A DNA stretch of 64,000 bases from Eledone cirrhosa. Its lineage: Eukaryota. Every line of letters starts with the position of its first letter. Position 1 is the stretch's first letter. The stretch covers positions 323,454,001 through 323,518,000 of the forward strand of contig OZ024743.1 in NCBI GenBank assembly GCA_964016885.1, in the 5' to 3' direction. Below, in pieces: positions 1-13,079 of this stretch. The notes under the pieces were generated by a model. That model saw nothing but the letters and a program-made list of their open reading frames with translations. It was not told the DNA's origin and did no database searches. The translations under genes were made by a program, and so were the position numbers.

Positions 1-1271
1 AAAAATAATAGAAACAATTATTTTCAGAGTCCACCTACTTTACTATGCTGGTATGTGTTGGATGGGATTTTTGGAGGCAGTGTTTTATGGCTGGATGTCC
101 CTCCAGTTGTATTTTACAGCATGTAAGTATACAGTGTGTCTATTGTAAAAACTGTGTTACACACTGTATAAAAATGTGGAACACTGCACAAATGTGTGTG
201 TCATCCATGCGCAGGACTATTCTGATTTTCTCCGCATCATTCCAATTTTATTATACGTAGTTCCAAAGCAAGTACAAAAGCAAAACAAGACATTCACACA
301 AAAATGTTCTGAAATATAATTAACAGTAATAAAGTTTTATTATTAAAAATGTGTTTTTTCTTCTTCCTTAAAAGCTAAATATATCAAATTCTAAAGTATA
401 CAGATTTAATAACTTTCTAAGCAAAATACACTATTGTACATGCAGACTTAAATATCTAGATGCATTGTAAGATTTGTAACACTATAAAAATGTATTCCTA
501 AAACATCACTAGGAAGTTATGTTGGCTCATGAAAAGAAGGTGCTTTGGTGCATATGTACAAAATTTGCAGAAATAACCAATTCATATTAGTCTGATGAAA
601 TAAACAAATTGTTAAATGAGAATAATTATATTTTATTTGCAACAATGTAGGCATAGTCATGGCTGTGAGGTTAAGAAGTTAGCTTCACAGCCATATGGTT
701 TCAGGTTCCATGGGTTAACCAATGCCTTGTGGGTGCAGTTGGCAGATGGAAACTGTGAGGAAGCCTATCTTGTATGTGTATGTGCGTATGTTTGTTTGTC
801 TCTGCATGTCTTCACTGTTTAAAGCAATTGGTGATGTTTGTTTATGCCCTGCAACTTAGTGGTATATAACCCATACTTTAATAAAAAATAAAGTATGGGT
901 TGGCATTAAGAAGGACAGCAGGCTATAGAAAAATTGCTACAAAATGTCCCAGCTAATCTATGCCAACAGGTAACAGCAAACATTGTTTTTATGGCCATTG
1001 TTTGTATAGGTGGACAAGATCTTTTCTGGCAGGTTTTCTATGGCCAAATGCCATATCTGATGACAACTCACACCTTATTCTAAGTAGTGGTGTTTTGTTG
1101 AACCACTATGCTGCAAGTTGTATTGTTTACGGGTGATATAAACAACTATCATTCTAGGTTTCTATGTTGTGCTTCTATGATTTTTGCAGCAACTAGCATA
1201 CACATCATTTAATGTCTAGTCTTCCGTTGGACATATATGATAGACTTTCTTACAGTTTCTGACTACTTAAA

Positions 1272-1740
1272 TCATTTGCATGTTGGTGTGTGAAGTGCCA
1301 TACTGCATAGTAGTGAAACATGGGCAGTGTCTGCAGAAGACATGCGTAAGCTAGAGAGAAATGAAGCAACCATGCTTCGTTGGATGTGCAATGTACATGT
1401 GAGAGAAAGGCAAAGCTTGGATGGACTGAGGGAGAAACTGGGTTTAAGAGAAATCAAAAGTAGTGTGCAAGAGAGAAAAATGCATTAGTACAGACATGTA
1501 ATGTGCATGGATGATGATTGATGGGTGAAGAAATGCCAGGAAATCCCTGTGGAATGAAGCTGCAGTAGAGGTAGACCAAGAAAGACCTGGGCAGAAGTGG
1601 TGCGAGCTGATCTCAAATTGCTGAGACTCACAGAGAAAATGGGGAAGGAATGTGGCAAGTGGAGAGATGCTGTGCTGAAAAGGACCCATCCAACCCATGC
1701 AAGCATGGAAAAACATGTAAAAATGATTATGATGATGGTA
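1272..1740 (+). mobile_element. Decayed 3' end of an RTE-clade LINE (family 1)
   Basis: Degenerate translation ..LHSSETWAVSAEDMRKLERNEATMLRWMCNV..RGRPRKTWAEVVRADL. Ends in acccatgcaagcatggaaaa..(gat)n. Homologous to 31523-32932 and 53385-54920. Confidence 0.8.
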
Positions 1741-1905
1741 TTGGTCAACCTGAGGCTACAGCAAGAGACTCTTATTTAAGGGGCCACACAGTAAGGCTGA
1801 ACCTGAAAATAGATGGTTCTGAAGCCAATTTCTTAATCACACAGCCATGCCATGATGATGAGTGAAGTCAGTAAAATATAAAAATTGACATATTTTAATG
1901 TAAAC

Positions 1906-2240
1906 CAGGGATCTCAAAAGAGCTATGTACTGGGGGAAAAGGCACAGTGTGTCAGAAGTGAGATAGGGGAGTAGGGAGGTGATTTCCATCAGTTGTAATG
2001 CCAATCTAGTATACAGTTGATAAGCTATTTTTTTTTTTAATCAAAACACACACGCGTGATAGTGGGATAAATTAGTACAAAATGCAGGGGGTGAAAATCT
2101 TTCATTTCAAATTTGCCTTAATTCTATTTTTTCTATTTTATTGTTTCATGGGTAAATTGTAATAGCTTGTTCGATGAATTAAAACAGTGAAAACAAAATT
2201 GTTCTGCTGCAGACCACAGTAAAGTTATTTGACACCCCTG
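1906..2240. mobile_element. hAT (Charlie-like) MITE
   Basis: Termini CAGGGATCTCAAA / TTTGACACCCCTG. Internal similarity to 48088-48243 and about 12230-12461. Confidence 0.55.
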
Positions 2241-2377
2241 CTATAGAGGTTACTTTACTGGTTCATAATAAAATAGGTTCTATTTCATAGTTCATTGGTT
2301 AGTGGTTGGAAGGACATCTATGAAAGTCTTGTTCAAACAAGAACCATTCTACTCATGAATATAGAAAAATAAATAAT

Positions 2378-2558
2378 TGTTTCTACTTTAGGCACAAGAC
2401 CAGCAATTACCCAGTGCATTACTGGTACTTTATTTTATCGACCCCATAAAGATGAAAGGCAAAGTCAACCTCGGCGGGATTTGAACTCAGATCGTAAAGG
2501 GACGTAACTATGCTGGAAAGCATGGCGTCCAACCCTCTACCGATACTGCCAATCCACC
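2378..2558 (-). mobile_element. tRNA-derived SINE, family A (representative copy)
   Basis: On - strand: A-box-like TGGCAGTATCGG, B-box GAGTTCAAATCC, core ctttcatctttatggggtcgataaaataaagtaccag, tail agtagaaacaatta. ATAAT is duplicated on both sides. Other copies near 3582, 10243, 23177, 29420, 29658, 40050, 44265, 44445, 48640, 55921, 56205, 56405. Confidence 0.85.
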
Positions 2559-3581
2559 ATAATGGGATGGAATTGGTAAAAGAGTCAAAGATGAAAAACC
2601 ATCTTTAATTAGTTCACTATCAACTTTTCAATGTTTTTTTTTTTCAATAAAAACATTAATGCTAACTTAACTAATGATTTTCATGTGAACAGCATCCCTT
2701 GGACAACAACTATCATCATCATCATCATTGTTTAATGCCCTCTTTTGCAGCTAGTGTTACATATGTTCCCATACTCTACTGAGTGAATGTTATCCTGACA
2801 CCAGCACTAGGGTGTATGTCATGTCTTTGACACAGTTGAAGAGTCTTCCCCACTACTATAGCTAAGGTAAAGACCCCCTTCAGTCATGAATGACTATGGG
2901 ATTTACACTTGGAAAGTTCCCTCCTCCAAAACACAAGACTGGGCAAGGTGTTTTTGTGGAAGACCAGCAGTCACCCATGCATATCTGTCTCCCCTCTCCT
3001 CAACACCGATGTTCTCTAAAGGAAAAGCAATGGCTGATACAGCTTTGAACCAGTGACGTTGCAAATCAATTTTTCCAGCTGAGTGAACTATATCTATCTA
3101 TATCTCCCTAAATTACAACCTACTACCTCATATACAGGACACATTGGACATTGTTTAGTGATGAGCGAGGTTACAATAGCTGTGATCATACATTTGCTCA
3201 GTAACATATACATATATACAAGTATACTTGTGTTGTCAAAAATGATGGCAGTTTTTTTCAATATGAAAAAGAGAGTTCCTTTGTGTTATGTTTACTACAA
3301 ATATACATATACATTATGTATGTATGGGCCCATAAGTCCTGATGGGGTTGTAGGGGCAATTCCTCCCAAAGAAGGAGAGAAAGAGATATAGAAAAATCAA
3401 CCCCAGTACTAAACTGGAACCTTTTATATTGACCATGAAAGGAAGGCAAAATTGACTTTGGTAGTTTTAGGACTAAGAAAGTGCCAAGAGCCAGAACAAA
3501 TACCACAAAGTTTTCTACCCAACGTTTTAATGACTGCCAAATTGCCACCTACATACACACTTTATACATATATATATAAAT

Positions 3582-3760
3582 AATTGTTTCTACTTTTGGC
3601 ACAAGGCCAGCAATTACCCCAGTATGTGACTGGTACTTTATTTTATCGACCCGTAAAGATGAAAGGCAAAGTTAACCTAGACGGGATTTGAACTCAGATC
3701 ATAAAGGGTCGTAACTCTATGCTGCAAAGCATGGCGTCCGACCTTCTACTGATACTGCCA
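3582..3760 (-). mobile_element. SINE family A copy
   Basis: Near full-length match to 2378-2558. Confidence 0.8.
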
Positions 3761-4099
3761 AAATGGCTGCATCTCAGTATCGAGAATTTCCATCCATTGA
3801 CCTTTTTTTCATACATTGGTGGCAAAAGAAAAAAAAGAGGTCATGCTCACACAACATATATGAAAGTTGTTTAGATCAAGTGATGCCTATGCTTGATGCT
3901 TTTTTAAGTGAAGAAGGGCTTTACATTGAACCAATTCCACTTTCTGAACAATGGTGATAGCTATCCAAAAAGAAGAACAAGTCAATCACATTGGCTGCTA
4001 TCAAGTCACAGGTTTTACATCAGAGTTAATGCAGAAGACCCACCTTCCCAGTTTGATGGATTGAAATATACATCTAGTATGCACCACTTTCCTCACTTC

Positions 4100-4616
4100 C
4101 CATACACTACCTACATCCTAACACACCACTCATGTTCTAACAGTCCACCCACGTCCTGACACTCCACCCTTCACCAAACTCCTTACACCCTAACCCTAGA
4201 TCTGCCTTTCCAATCCCCATGCTACACACATGCCACAAAAAAAAGCACCCAGTCCACACTGTAGAGTGGTTGTTTTAGTGCTATGACAAAAAGTGCCCAG
4301 TCCACACTTTAGAGTGGTAGTTTTGGTGACTGCAAAAAAGTATCCAGTCCACACTGGAAAAAGGTCATTTTGGTGCCATGATAAAAAGCATCCAGTCCAC
4401 ACTGGAAAAAGGTCATTTTGGTGCCATGATAAAAAGCACCCTGTCCATATTGTAAATGTGGTTGGCATTAGGAAGGGCAGCCAGCCGTAGAAACTAAGCC
4501 AGAAAAAGTCCTATATGAGCAAGACACGGTCATCTTATCTGACTTATCTCACAATGGAACAACTCATCTAACCCATGCTAGTGTGGAAAAATGGACATTA
4601 AATGGTGATGATGATA
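4100..4616 (+). mobile_element. RTE-tailed retroelement 3' region with an internal VNTR (about 4-5 units of 50-57 bp)
   Basis: C-rich tract, repeated aaaaagcacccagtccacactg module, then gttggcattaggaagggcagccagccgtagaaa and tail acccatgctagtgtggaaaaatggacattaaatggtgatgatgat. Confidence 0.7.
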
Positions 4617-5329
4617 CACACAAGTACATAAACACTCATACTGAGCTATGGAGTGGGTAACAAAAATAAGATAAAGACAGGAAAGATATAAGATAAAGAC
4701 AGGAAAGATATAAATTAAAGTTAATATTTAGGCTTTCAGAGAAATGGAAAAGTTATTTTGACATTTCAGACACCTTCTGGCTATAAATAAATGAACAATC
4801 AACTGTGAAATATGTAAAGGAAACCTTATGGTTTTCTGTATTAACAAATTAACAAAATGTGTTAACATTTGTTCCTTTTTCACAGTAAGGCATATAATTT
4901 AAAATCTGTAGATAAATGCATGTTCAATTTATTTCAGATTTCTTTAATAGACAGTGTTATGCATAAATAATCTATATTTTTCTGTCATATTGTGTGTATA
5001 AATGCAGTAATTAAATTTATATATATAATCATTTTACGTCCTTTTTCCGCACGCGCATGTGTGTGTGTGTGTATGTGTGTGTATATATATATATATATAT
5101 ATAGTTAAGGCACATGAGAGAGTCTAATGCTGAGACTGGGGAGACCACACATAAGGGGAGTACTCTATGCCTGGGAAGAAGCACAGTGGGTATAGTGGAA
5201 GGTAAACCTGACCCCAATGCCTAGCGGTTTCACCTTGTATTCAGCAAACGTTATCCCCCCCCCCCCTCTCTATACACAACACACACAATGAAATAAACAG
5301 AGGATAGTAGTCTGCACTAATCTCTTTAC

Positions 5330-5920
5330 CCCTCCTCAGTCTTAATACCCTGTCCTCGGCACACACCTTGTCAATGTCAAACTTGCTTACCCGTCTCCCC
5401 ACCAATCCCTCACTCCTCACCCCTGATACACCTCTCCTGACCAACCCATTCATACAAGCATGAAAGCAGGGCATGCTCTACATCTGATCTCCTACAACGC
5501 TGTTGCCATGATAAAAAAGCACAAAGTCCATCCGATATAGTGAACTGGTACCACAACAACGAAAGTACCCAGTCAATCCTGTAAGGTGGTCATGTAGTGA
5601 CACAAGAAAAAAAACAAACACCCAGTCTACCATGTAAGTGATTGTGTTGGTAACACAAGAAAAGGGGCACTCAGACCACCCTGTAAGGTGGTTGTGCTAG
5701 TGACAACGAAAAAGCACCCAGTCCTCCCTGATATATGGTTGTTTTGCACCCAGGCTACACTGTAAGGTGGTTGGCATTAGGAAGGGCATCCAGCAGTAGA
5801 AATGAAGGCAAAATACAGATCCGTATGAGCAAGATGTAGTCACCTCACCTGACTTGTCTCAATGTGACAACCGGTGTAACCAATACAAGCATGGAAAAAA
5901 ATGAACATTTGATGATGATA
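5330..5920 (+). mobile_element. RTE-tailed retroelement 3' region with an internal VNTR (about 5-6 units)
   Basis: Same architecture as 4100-4616. Ends in gatgatgat. Confidence 0.7.
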
Positions 5921-6348
5921 TAAGCACACATTTAAATGCACAATCTGTTATTCAATTCTACTTGTAAAGACACTTGTAACATTTTCCTGCCTATTCTTTG
6001 TTTTATTATCTCACAAGCTCCACGTTAACAGAGCAGAGCAGGCTCTGTTGTTGCTCAAACAGGTATTACAAGTGCAGTACCTCCTTAATGCTATATATAT
6101 ATATATATATAAAGAAATAACAAAACAAACGACACAGTACTTGGAAGAAATATATTAGTTTAACGCTTGAAATAGCAGGAAGAGAGTCTTCCTGTTTCAG
6201 ACATTAGTCCATCAGAAGATAGAGTTAGAAATAGAAGGTAAATAGAAAGTAAAGAGTGGTGAGAGGACGGAATGGGGAAAAAGAGAAAAAAACGTGCGTA
6301 TTCAGTCAGCCATCTCTCTCTCTCTTATATATATATATATATATATAG

Positions 6349-6692
6349 TGAGGGTGCATGGCTTGGTGGTTAGAGTGTTGATCTCACAGTTCTAAGGATG
6401 TGAGTTCGAATCCCGGGCCAGACGGTGCATTCTTTCTTAGGCAGAATAGAAGAACACTTTATTTTATGTTGCTCCAATTCACTCAGCTGTAGAAATGAGT
6501 TGCCATGTCACTGGTGCCAAACTGTATCGGCCATTGCCTTTTCCTTGGACAACATCAGTGGCGTGGAGAGGAGAGACAGGTATGCATAGGTGACTTGTGG
6601 TCTTCCACAAACAACCTCGCAAAGGCTTGTGCCTCATCAGAGAACTTTCTAGGTGCAAAACCATGGTCATTCATGACCGAAAGGGGTTTTCA
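6349..6692 (+). mobile_element. tRNA-derived SINE, family C
   Basis: A-box TGGCTTGGTGG, B-box GTTCGAATCC, ttgctccaattcactcagctgtagaaatgagt core, end catggtcattcatgaccgaaagggg. Sits between TA runs. Related copies at about 2870-3090(-), 37610-38020(-), 31060-31170(+) and 57630-57910(+). Confidence 0.75.
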
Positions 6693-8069
6693 AAATATAT
6701 ATATGTATATATACATACATATTTGAAAATGTGTTTGCTTTTTTGGGAAGCTGCCACAATCCAAATAATTATAAATAGTTGTTAACTCTAAATAATAGTT
6801 GAATAAGTTGGGTATTGTACTCCTGGAGATAAAAAAAAAAGAGAAATATCAGCAGGAATTGAACTGTTAGATGACCATCTTTAACTATTACACTAAAATG
6901 CCATATCTGGCTCCTAATTACCAACTCCTACACTAAAAAGGTATCCCTAGCAACTAATTGTCATCTTTTAGAATCCTCAAGTGTTAATAAAATTTGGTTA
7001 ATTTACGAACTATTGAGGAAATTAGAAAATACATTTCCTTTTTGAGGAGGTCACCACAATGCAGATTACTATAATTAATAGTTAAATAAGTCAGGTAGAG
7101 TACTGCTGAAGGTTAGACAGGTTGTTACATTATGACACACATAAAGTAAGGAAACATCGTTCTTGGATTCATCTAGGATAGTCACACCAATTAACAATTG
7201 ATTTGGTTTGTTTGTTTGTTTGATTTGGTTTGTACCAACCCATACCAACATGGAAAAGCAGACATAAAATGATGATTATCGCTTTAATGTCTATTTTGCA
7301 TATAGCCATGGAATGTACAGATCACCATTCTGTATGACCCATTGTCATCTCATCTACTCGAGTCTTGAATAATCGTCCCTCCCACTTATTAATTTTTCAC
7401 TGTCTTCCTCTGCAACAAGTTTTACCATCATGTACATAGAGATTTCTCACATTGTGGGAGAAATATAACTGATTATATTGACCCCAGTATTGGAATTGTA
7501 CTTTATTTAATCAACTTCAAAGTTGACTTTGGTATCATTTGAACTCAGAATGTCTCTAAATGCCACAAAATATTTTGACCACAATTCTACCAAACTACCT
7601 ACCTCCAATAACATTTTTTTTAAATTCACTCAATCCAAGAAAAGTTGTAAAGTCACTAAAATACCAAGTGTTACTGAGAAGGGAGAAGGACAAAACAGAG
7701 AGAACATAATTCAAGGAGAGAGATGACAATTGATGTGGCTTTTGAACTTTTGCAAATTGTAGTGGCCAGGAAAACAAGACGGAACAGAATTCCATAGATG
7801 AGATGAGTGAGAGAAGAAACTATCAGAATTAACGATTATATTAAGAAACTTCAACTGGAAAAGGGATGGGACCTAGCTGCAAATCTGGTAATATGTTTAA
7901 TCTCATGAAATGAATCAAGGAATCAGCTCTGTATAATCACACAACCAGTAAGAAATAGCAGCTAAATCTCCCACAAATTATATCCTGCATTAAAAAGAAC
8001 AGTGAAAATGTAGATCAAAATGTACTCCTACAGTGAAAATGTAGTCACAAATGTACTCCTATACATTCA

Positions 8070-8258
8070 GAACACACATCCATACTTGTACAGGAGTGTC
8101 TGCTTAAGAACACACAACCATACTGGTACAGGAGTGTCTGCTTAAGAACACACAACCATACCTGTACAGGGGTGTCCGCTGAGAACACACAACCATACAT
8201 GTACAGGCGTATCTGCTTACGAACACACATCCATACCTGTGCAGGTATGTCTGCTGAC
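8070..8258. repeat. 38-bp minisatellite, about 5 copies
   Basis: Unit approximately aacacacaaccatacctgtacaggagtgtctgcttaag. Confidence 0.85.
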
Positions 8259-8436
8259 AAAAAAATCAACTGATGTTCTTAATATTCCTCCTATGTGCAC
8301 CCAATATATATGTGAAAGTTAACAGCACAGTGTATAATACATAACCCATTTCCCTACAGCCTTTATTGCTTTTCCACATTTGATAACCATATTTCACTAG
8401 TCTACAATATCACATCTTTTTACATATGCTTTATAC

Positions 8437-8703
8437 CAGAGGTTCTCAAACTTTTGGGCCCACCGCTCCCCTCATACTCTCAGCGCCCCCCACCCTATTT
8501 CCAGAGGGACCTGTCTACATGCAAATTGTAAATAATATATAATAAATAAAATCTTTAATTTGTATATAATAAATAATATAATATATACTATGTATAAATA
8601 AATATTATACATTTCTTATTTTACAGTATTTATATATCATTTGATATTTAATATACTATTATATCATCTCTACTGTCCCTCCACTGCCCCCTTTGAGAAC
8701 CTG
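8437..8703. mobile_element. hAT-type MITE
   Basis: Termini CAGAGGTTCTCAAA / TTTGAGAACCTG. AT-rich interior. Imperfect 8-bp flanks ctttatac/ttttataa. Confidence 0.6.
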
Positions 8704-9281
8704 TTTTATAAACTCACTCTCAAATATGGGGGGAGAAACCTTTTCTTGCTAACAGATAGAACAACTTAAAATCTCTTTCACCCCATTCCATATCCTAGTT
8801 GTGTAGGCATGTGTGGCAGCTGGCCCCATGTTTTCATTAAATTGGCTTTGGAACCACAGGAAATCTAAGCAGGTTTTCAGATATAAAATAAGTAACAAGA
8901 ACCCTACATAATCAAAATTATGTAGACTTTTGATGTAAAGTTTATATATTCTACCAAGAATACAGCTTAAAGGGGGACTCGTTTAAGGTTAATTACTTAT
9001 ACACCTAATTAGGAAAAGTTAAGCTAAAAATTAATTGAAAGGTTTTATATCTGTTAGGAGTTAAAACAATTTTCTATTAGTACTCCACTGGTTCCTATCA
9101 CTGAAACTGCTGGCTAGTCATGTACCACTCCACACTTCCTTGTCCCTCTCTTCTTGTCACCCATATTGTGTCCACATCTAACTCTGCATTAACCCCTTTG
9201 CCTAGTCTTTTCTTCACAGAACATCAGCCCTCAGCAATTCATTCTCTACATTTGTTGACTTGCAAGTATTCAGTAGAAACA

Positions 9282-9763
9282 TTAACCCTTTAACATTTAA
9301 ACCAGCCATATCTGGCCAGAATTCTGTCACCTCTTTCTGTTCAAACCGGTCCCTCATACTGAGGTTAAGGTATTGTTCTCAAATTGAATAATATCAAAAT
9401 CCCAGATTCGATATTGTGTGAGATAAAGCTTTTACCATGAAAATATAACAGTATATATTGAGCAAGACACTTTATTTCACATTGCTCCAGTTTACTCAAC
9501 TGTAGAAATGAGATGATAGGGACTGGGTCCCTATCATTCCACTGCAAAGTGGTCGTGGAGGTGCCACGGCAAAAAAAAGCACCCAGCCCACACTGTAGGC
9601 GCTACGGAAAAAAAAGCACCCAGCACTCACTGTAAATGAGGTTGGTGTTAAGAAGGGCATCCAGCCAGAATCAGTTCCCGTCCCACCTTTGCAAGCAGGG
9701 AAAAGCGCACGTAAAATGATGATGATGATAATATATAGAGTAATGAAAATATTAAACGGTTAA
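9282..9763. mobile_element. piggyBac-type (TTAA) MITE interrupted by a retroelement insertion at about 9457-9732
   Basis: Starts TTAACCCTTT, ends AAACGGTTAA. Uninterrupted relatives at about 41405-41577 and 49290-49476 end in AAAGGGTTAA. Confidence 0.6.
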
Positions 9764-10370
9764 AGGCACTGTGAAGAAAGATTAAGGATAAACTCTTCCT
9801 CCACAACAAACCATTAATATTAATGTTTTCTAATTTAGGCAGAAAGCCAACAATTTGGGGGAGCTAAAACCAATTACATGATCCCTGTACTTGCCTGGCA
9901 CTACATTTTAGCAGCCTCAAAAAAATAAATGACAAAGTTGACTGTGGCAGGATTTGAACTCAGAACAAATGCTGCAAAAATTTCGTCAGATGCTCTAATG
10001 ATTCTGCTAATCCACCATCCTAAATCAGTATATGATAATTGTTTTTAACATTGGCACACAACCAACAATTGGAGAGGAAGTCGATTATATTGATACTTTA
10101 TTTTAGAAACCTCAAAAGAATACAAGGCAAAGTTGACATCAGTAGGACTTGAACTCAAAATGTAAAAACCTGGAACAAATGACACAAAACATTTTGTCAG
10201 ACACACTAACGATTCTCCCAAGCCACTGCTTTTATAATAATAATTGTTTCTACTTTTGGCACAAGGCCAGCAATTACACAGTACATTACTGGTACTTTAT
10301 TTTATCGACCCCATAAGGATGAAAGGCAAAGTTAACCTCGGCGGGATTTGAACTCAAACATAATGTAGTG

Positions 10371-10536
10371 CAGTGGTTCCCGAAGGGGTTCCGTAAAGGT
10401 GTGCCTGGGATTCCATGATAAAAGGTAGAGGAGTGTATCTATATTACGACTATATAATAGTATTAGACTTTGAGTTTACCTAAAAAGTTTCTGAACCAAA
10501 AAGGGTTCCAAGTTTGAAAAAGTTTGGGAACCCCTG
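10371..10536. mobile_element. hAT MITE (166 bp) with a perfect 8-bp target-site duplication (TSD)
   Basis: Terminal inverted repeats CAGTGGTTCCC / GGGAACCCCTG. ATGTAGTG at 10363-10370 and at 10537-10544. Confidence 0.85.
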
Positions 10537-11835
10537 ATGTAGTGAGATAAGAAATTTTAATTAAAATTACATCCAAAATGAAAACACTCATCTAAATGTT
10601 TAACTCTGATCAAGAAAAGCAAGGGAGACAACTCCAGAATTTAAATTAATTAAAACTAGAAAGCAATGGGAACCGAGTGGATTGGCAGTCATAATAAATA
10701 CTGCTTTGCAGTATTTATTATAACTTTCTACATTCTGAGTTCAAATCCTGCTGAGGTCATTTTGCCTCTCATTCTCTGGAATCAATAAAATATAGTACTA
10801 GTTAAATACTGGGATCAATATATCCAACTTTCCCTTTCCCTCAAATTCTTGGTCTTGTGCCTAAATTAGAAATTAATATTGGCAGCATGATGGCACATCT
10901 GGAATGTTTCAGTTTTATTAGAACTCATCAGATCTTGATCTGAATAGAGAATAGAAGTTAATGTTTCCTACCAAACTGTTGAATGGATCAAAAAGGCACT
11001 GTGTCATCCATAAGAAGTTAATAATTATCAAAACAATTTTTAAATTATCAATACCAAACTGTTTAGAGCCACAAACAATTTACAAGAATTAACTGCAGTT
11101 TGGTCTCATTAAGCTGACTGTCGATATGCCATAATAGATCTGTCCATAAGTACAAGCACTGCAACACTAAAAGTGAACATGAGAGGTCAGAAGCTATTGC
11201 TTGGCAATTGAATGGAGACAATATTGGGTTTGAGAGGACTCTTCAGTCTGGCTAAGCATGTGACCACTCTTGGTGCTGGTGCCATGATAAAATGTACCTA
11301 GTCTACTTCATTGATTTAAAAACAAACTTTTGACATCATCAAGCAAGATGTCATCTGAAAGGTCATGCAGTTGTTTGAGGTAGAACCAAAGTTGGTAAGG
11401 GTTATCCAGTGTGTATTGGAGTGCAAAGGTAGTGGTGCACAGCAGTCTCCCTTGATAACTGGTTTTGTCAAGAGAAAGGTCTACAGTAAGGAAATCCAAC
11501 TTCTCCGCTGATCTTCATTGTCTATCTGGAATGTGTTATGCATAGACTGCAAGAAACAACCTCAGGTGTGTCAGTAAATGGATGGGCACTTCAACTACCT
11601 AAGATTTATGGACATCAATATAATGTTTGACAGCTGGAATGCACTACAAAGAAGCTTAGATCTGGTCACTTCAGATGATGAACTATATGGCATAGAAATC
11701 AATGTATCAAAGACAAAAGCAATGTGTCTTGGCCAGTTTGCAGACATTATCATCATCAGCCTCGTTTAACATCCACTTTCCACACTAGCATGGGTTAGAC
11801 AACATTGGACTATTTATTCTATAATATTAATTCCA

Positions 11836-12172
11836 TTTTATTGTATTTCACGGATAAATTGTAATAGATTGTACTATAAATATTATTAAAACAGTGAAAA
11901 CAAAATTGTTCTGCTGCAGACCACAGTAAAGTTATTTGACACCCCTGATATAGAGGTTACTTTACTGGTTCATAATAAAATAGGTTCTATTTCATAGTTC
12001 ATTGGTTAGTGGTTGGAAGGACATCTATGAAAGTCTTGTTCAAACAAGAACCATTCAACTCATGAATGTAGAAAAATAAATAATGGGATGGAATTGGTAA
12101 AAAGAGTCAAAAAGATGTCAAACCATCTTTAATTAGTTCACTATCAACTTTTCAATGTTTCAATAAAAACAA
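11836..12172 (+). repeat. Dispersed duplicate of about 2137-2655, lacking the SINE A insertion
   Basis: Long near-identical stretch aaaacagtgaaaacaaaattgttctgctgcagaccacagtaaagttatttgacacccctg...atcaacttttcaatgttt. Confidence 0.85.
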
Positions 12173-13079
12173 TGTTAACAGTATCTCTCAATTGTTAATC
12201 CTCATTATTAACTTTATCATCATTTTGTACAAAATTTAGGGAGACAAATTTTATTTAATTCCATTTTCACATTTGAGAAGTTCCATCTTTTTTTTTTTCA
12301 TTGTTCTTCATGGGTAACTTGCAATAAATTATACTACAAATATTAAAACAGGGACAAATTACCAATTTTTTATGAAAATATTAAGCATGAAAATTGTTCT
12401 GACAGGGTCCATAGAAAAGTAATTTGTGGGCCACAAGTAGCCTGTGTGTTTGAAATCCCTGGTGTAAACAAAGAAATAATATTTCTGACAGATCCCTACC
12501 TCATACTTTACTGACATAGACCATCTCCTCCATCACCAATCTCTTAGAATTTTAGTGACTATATTTAAGTACTTTGTTAGGTTATATAAGGAAATTTAAG
12601 AGAAAGGTTTAATGTAGCTATAACTCCAGTTTATAAAACTTGCTGTGAAAATTTAAACAAATGTGAAAAACATTCTGTTATCCATTTGTTACCCTTACAT
12701 GTTTTACAATTAACTTTGTTCACTGGCCCTTTTTGATTACCAACTATAAGGAGTAGTCGATACTTCCTCTAATCTGTCATGTCTTACTAGCTATATACGG
12801 ACGTTTAAATAAATAACTGACCGTCCATAAGACAAGTACATATATCCTGTCCATAAAGAGAGATATAGTAAAATGCTTATATTATCAAACAAACTAGAAC
12901 TTAACAGTCTAATTTACATATTTTTCTTTTCTTTATTTCTGCTGGCAGATTTGGGAATATCTTTCTTTTGGTATTCTTGAAAACCTTAGCTTTCTTAGAA
13001 CACTTCACTTTTGCTTAATTTTTGCACACTTTGGTGCATTTTAATGAAACCATAGGAAAGGCAGCAAACATGAAAATGA

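Noticed and set aside
3763-4159. Short + strand ORFs (64 and 83 aa)
   Set aside because: No homology or splice context that I can recognise. They lie between repeats.
6349-6430. tRNA gene (A and B boxes)
   Set aside because: No proper cloverleaf. It continues into a multi-copy SINE body, as do the other A/B-box hits.
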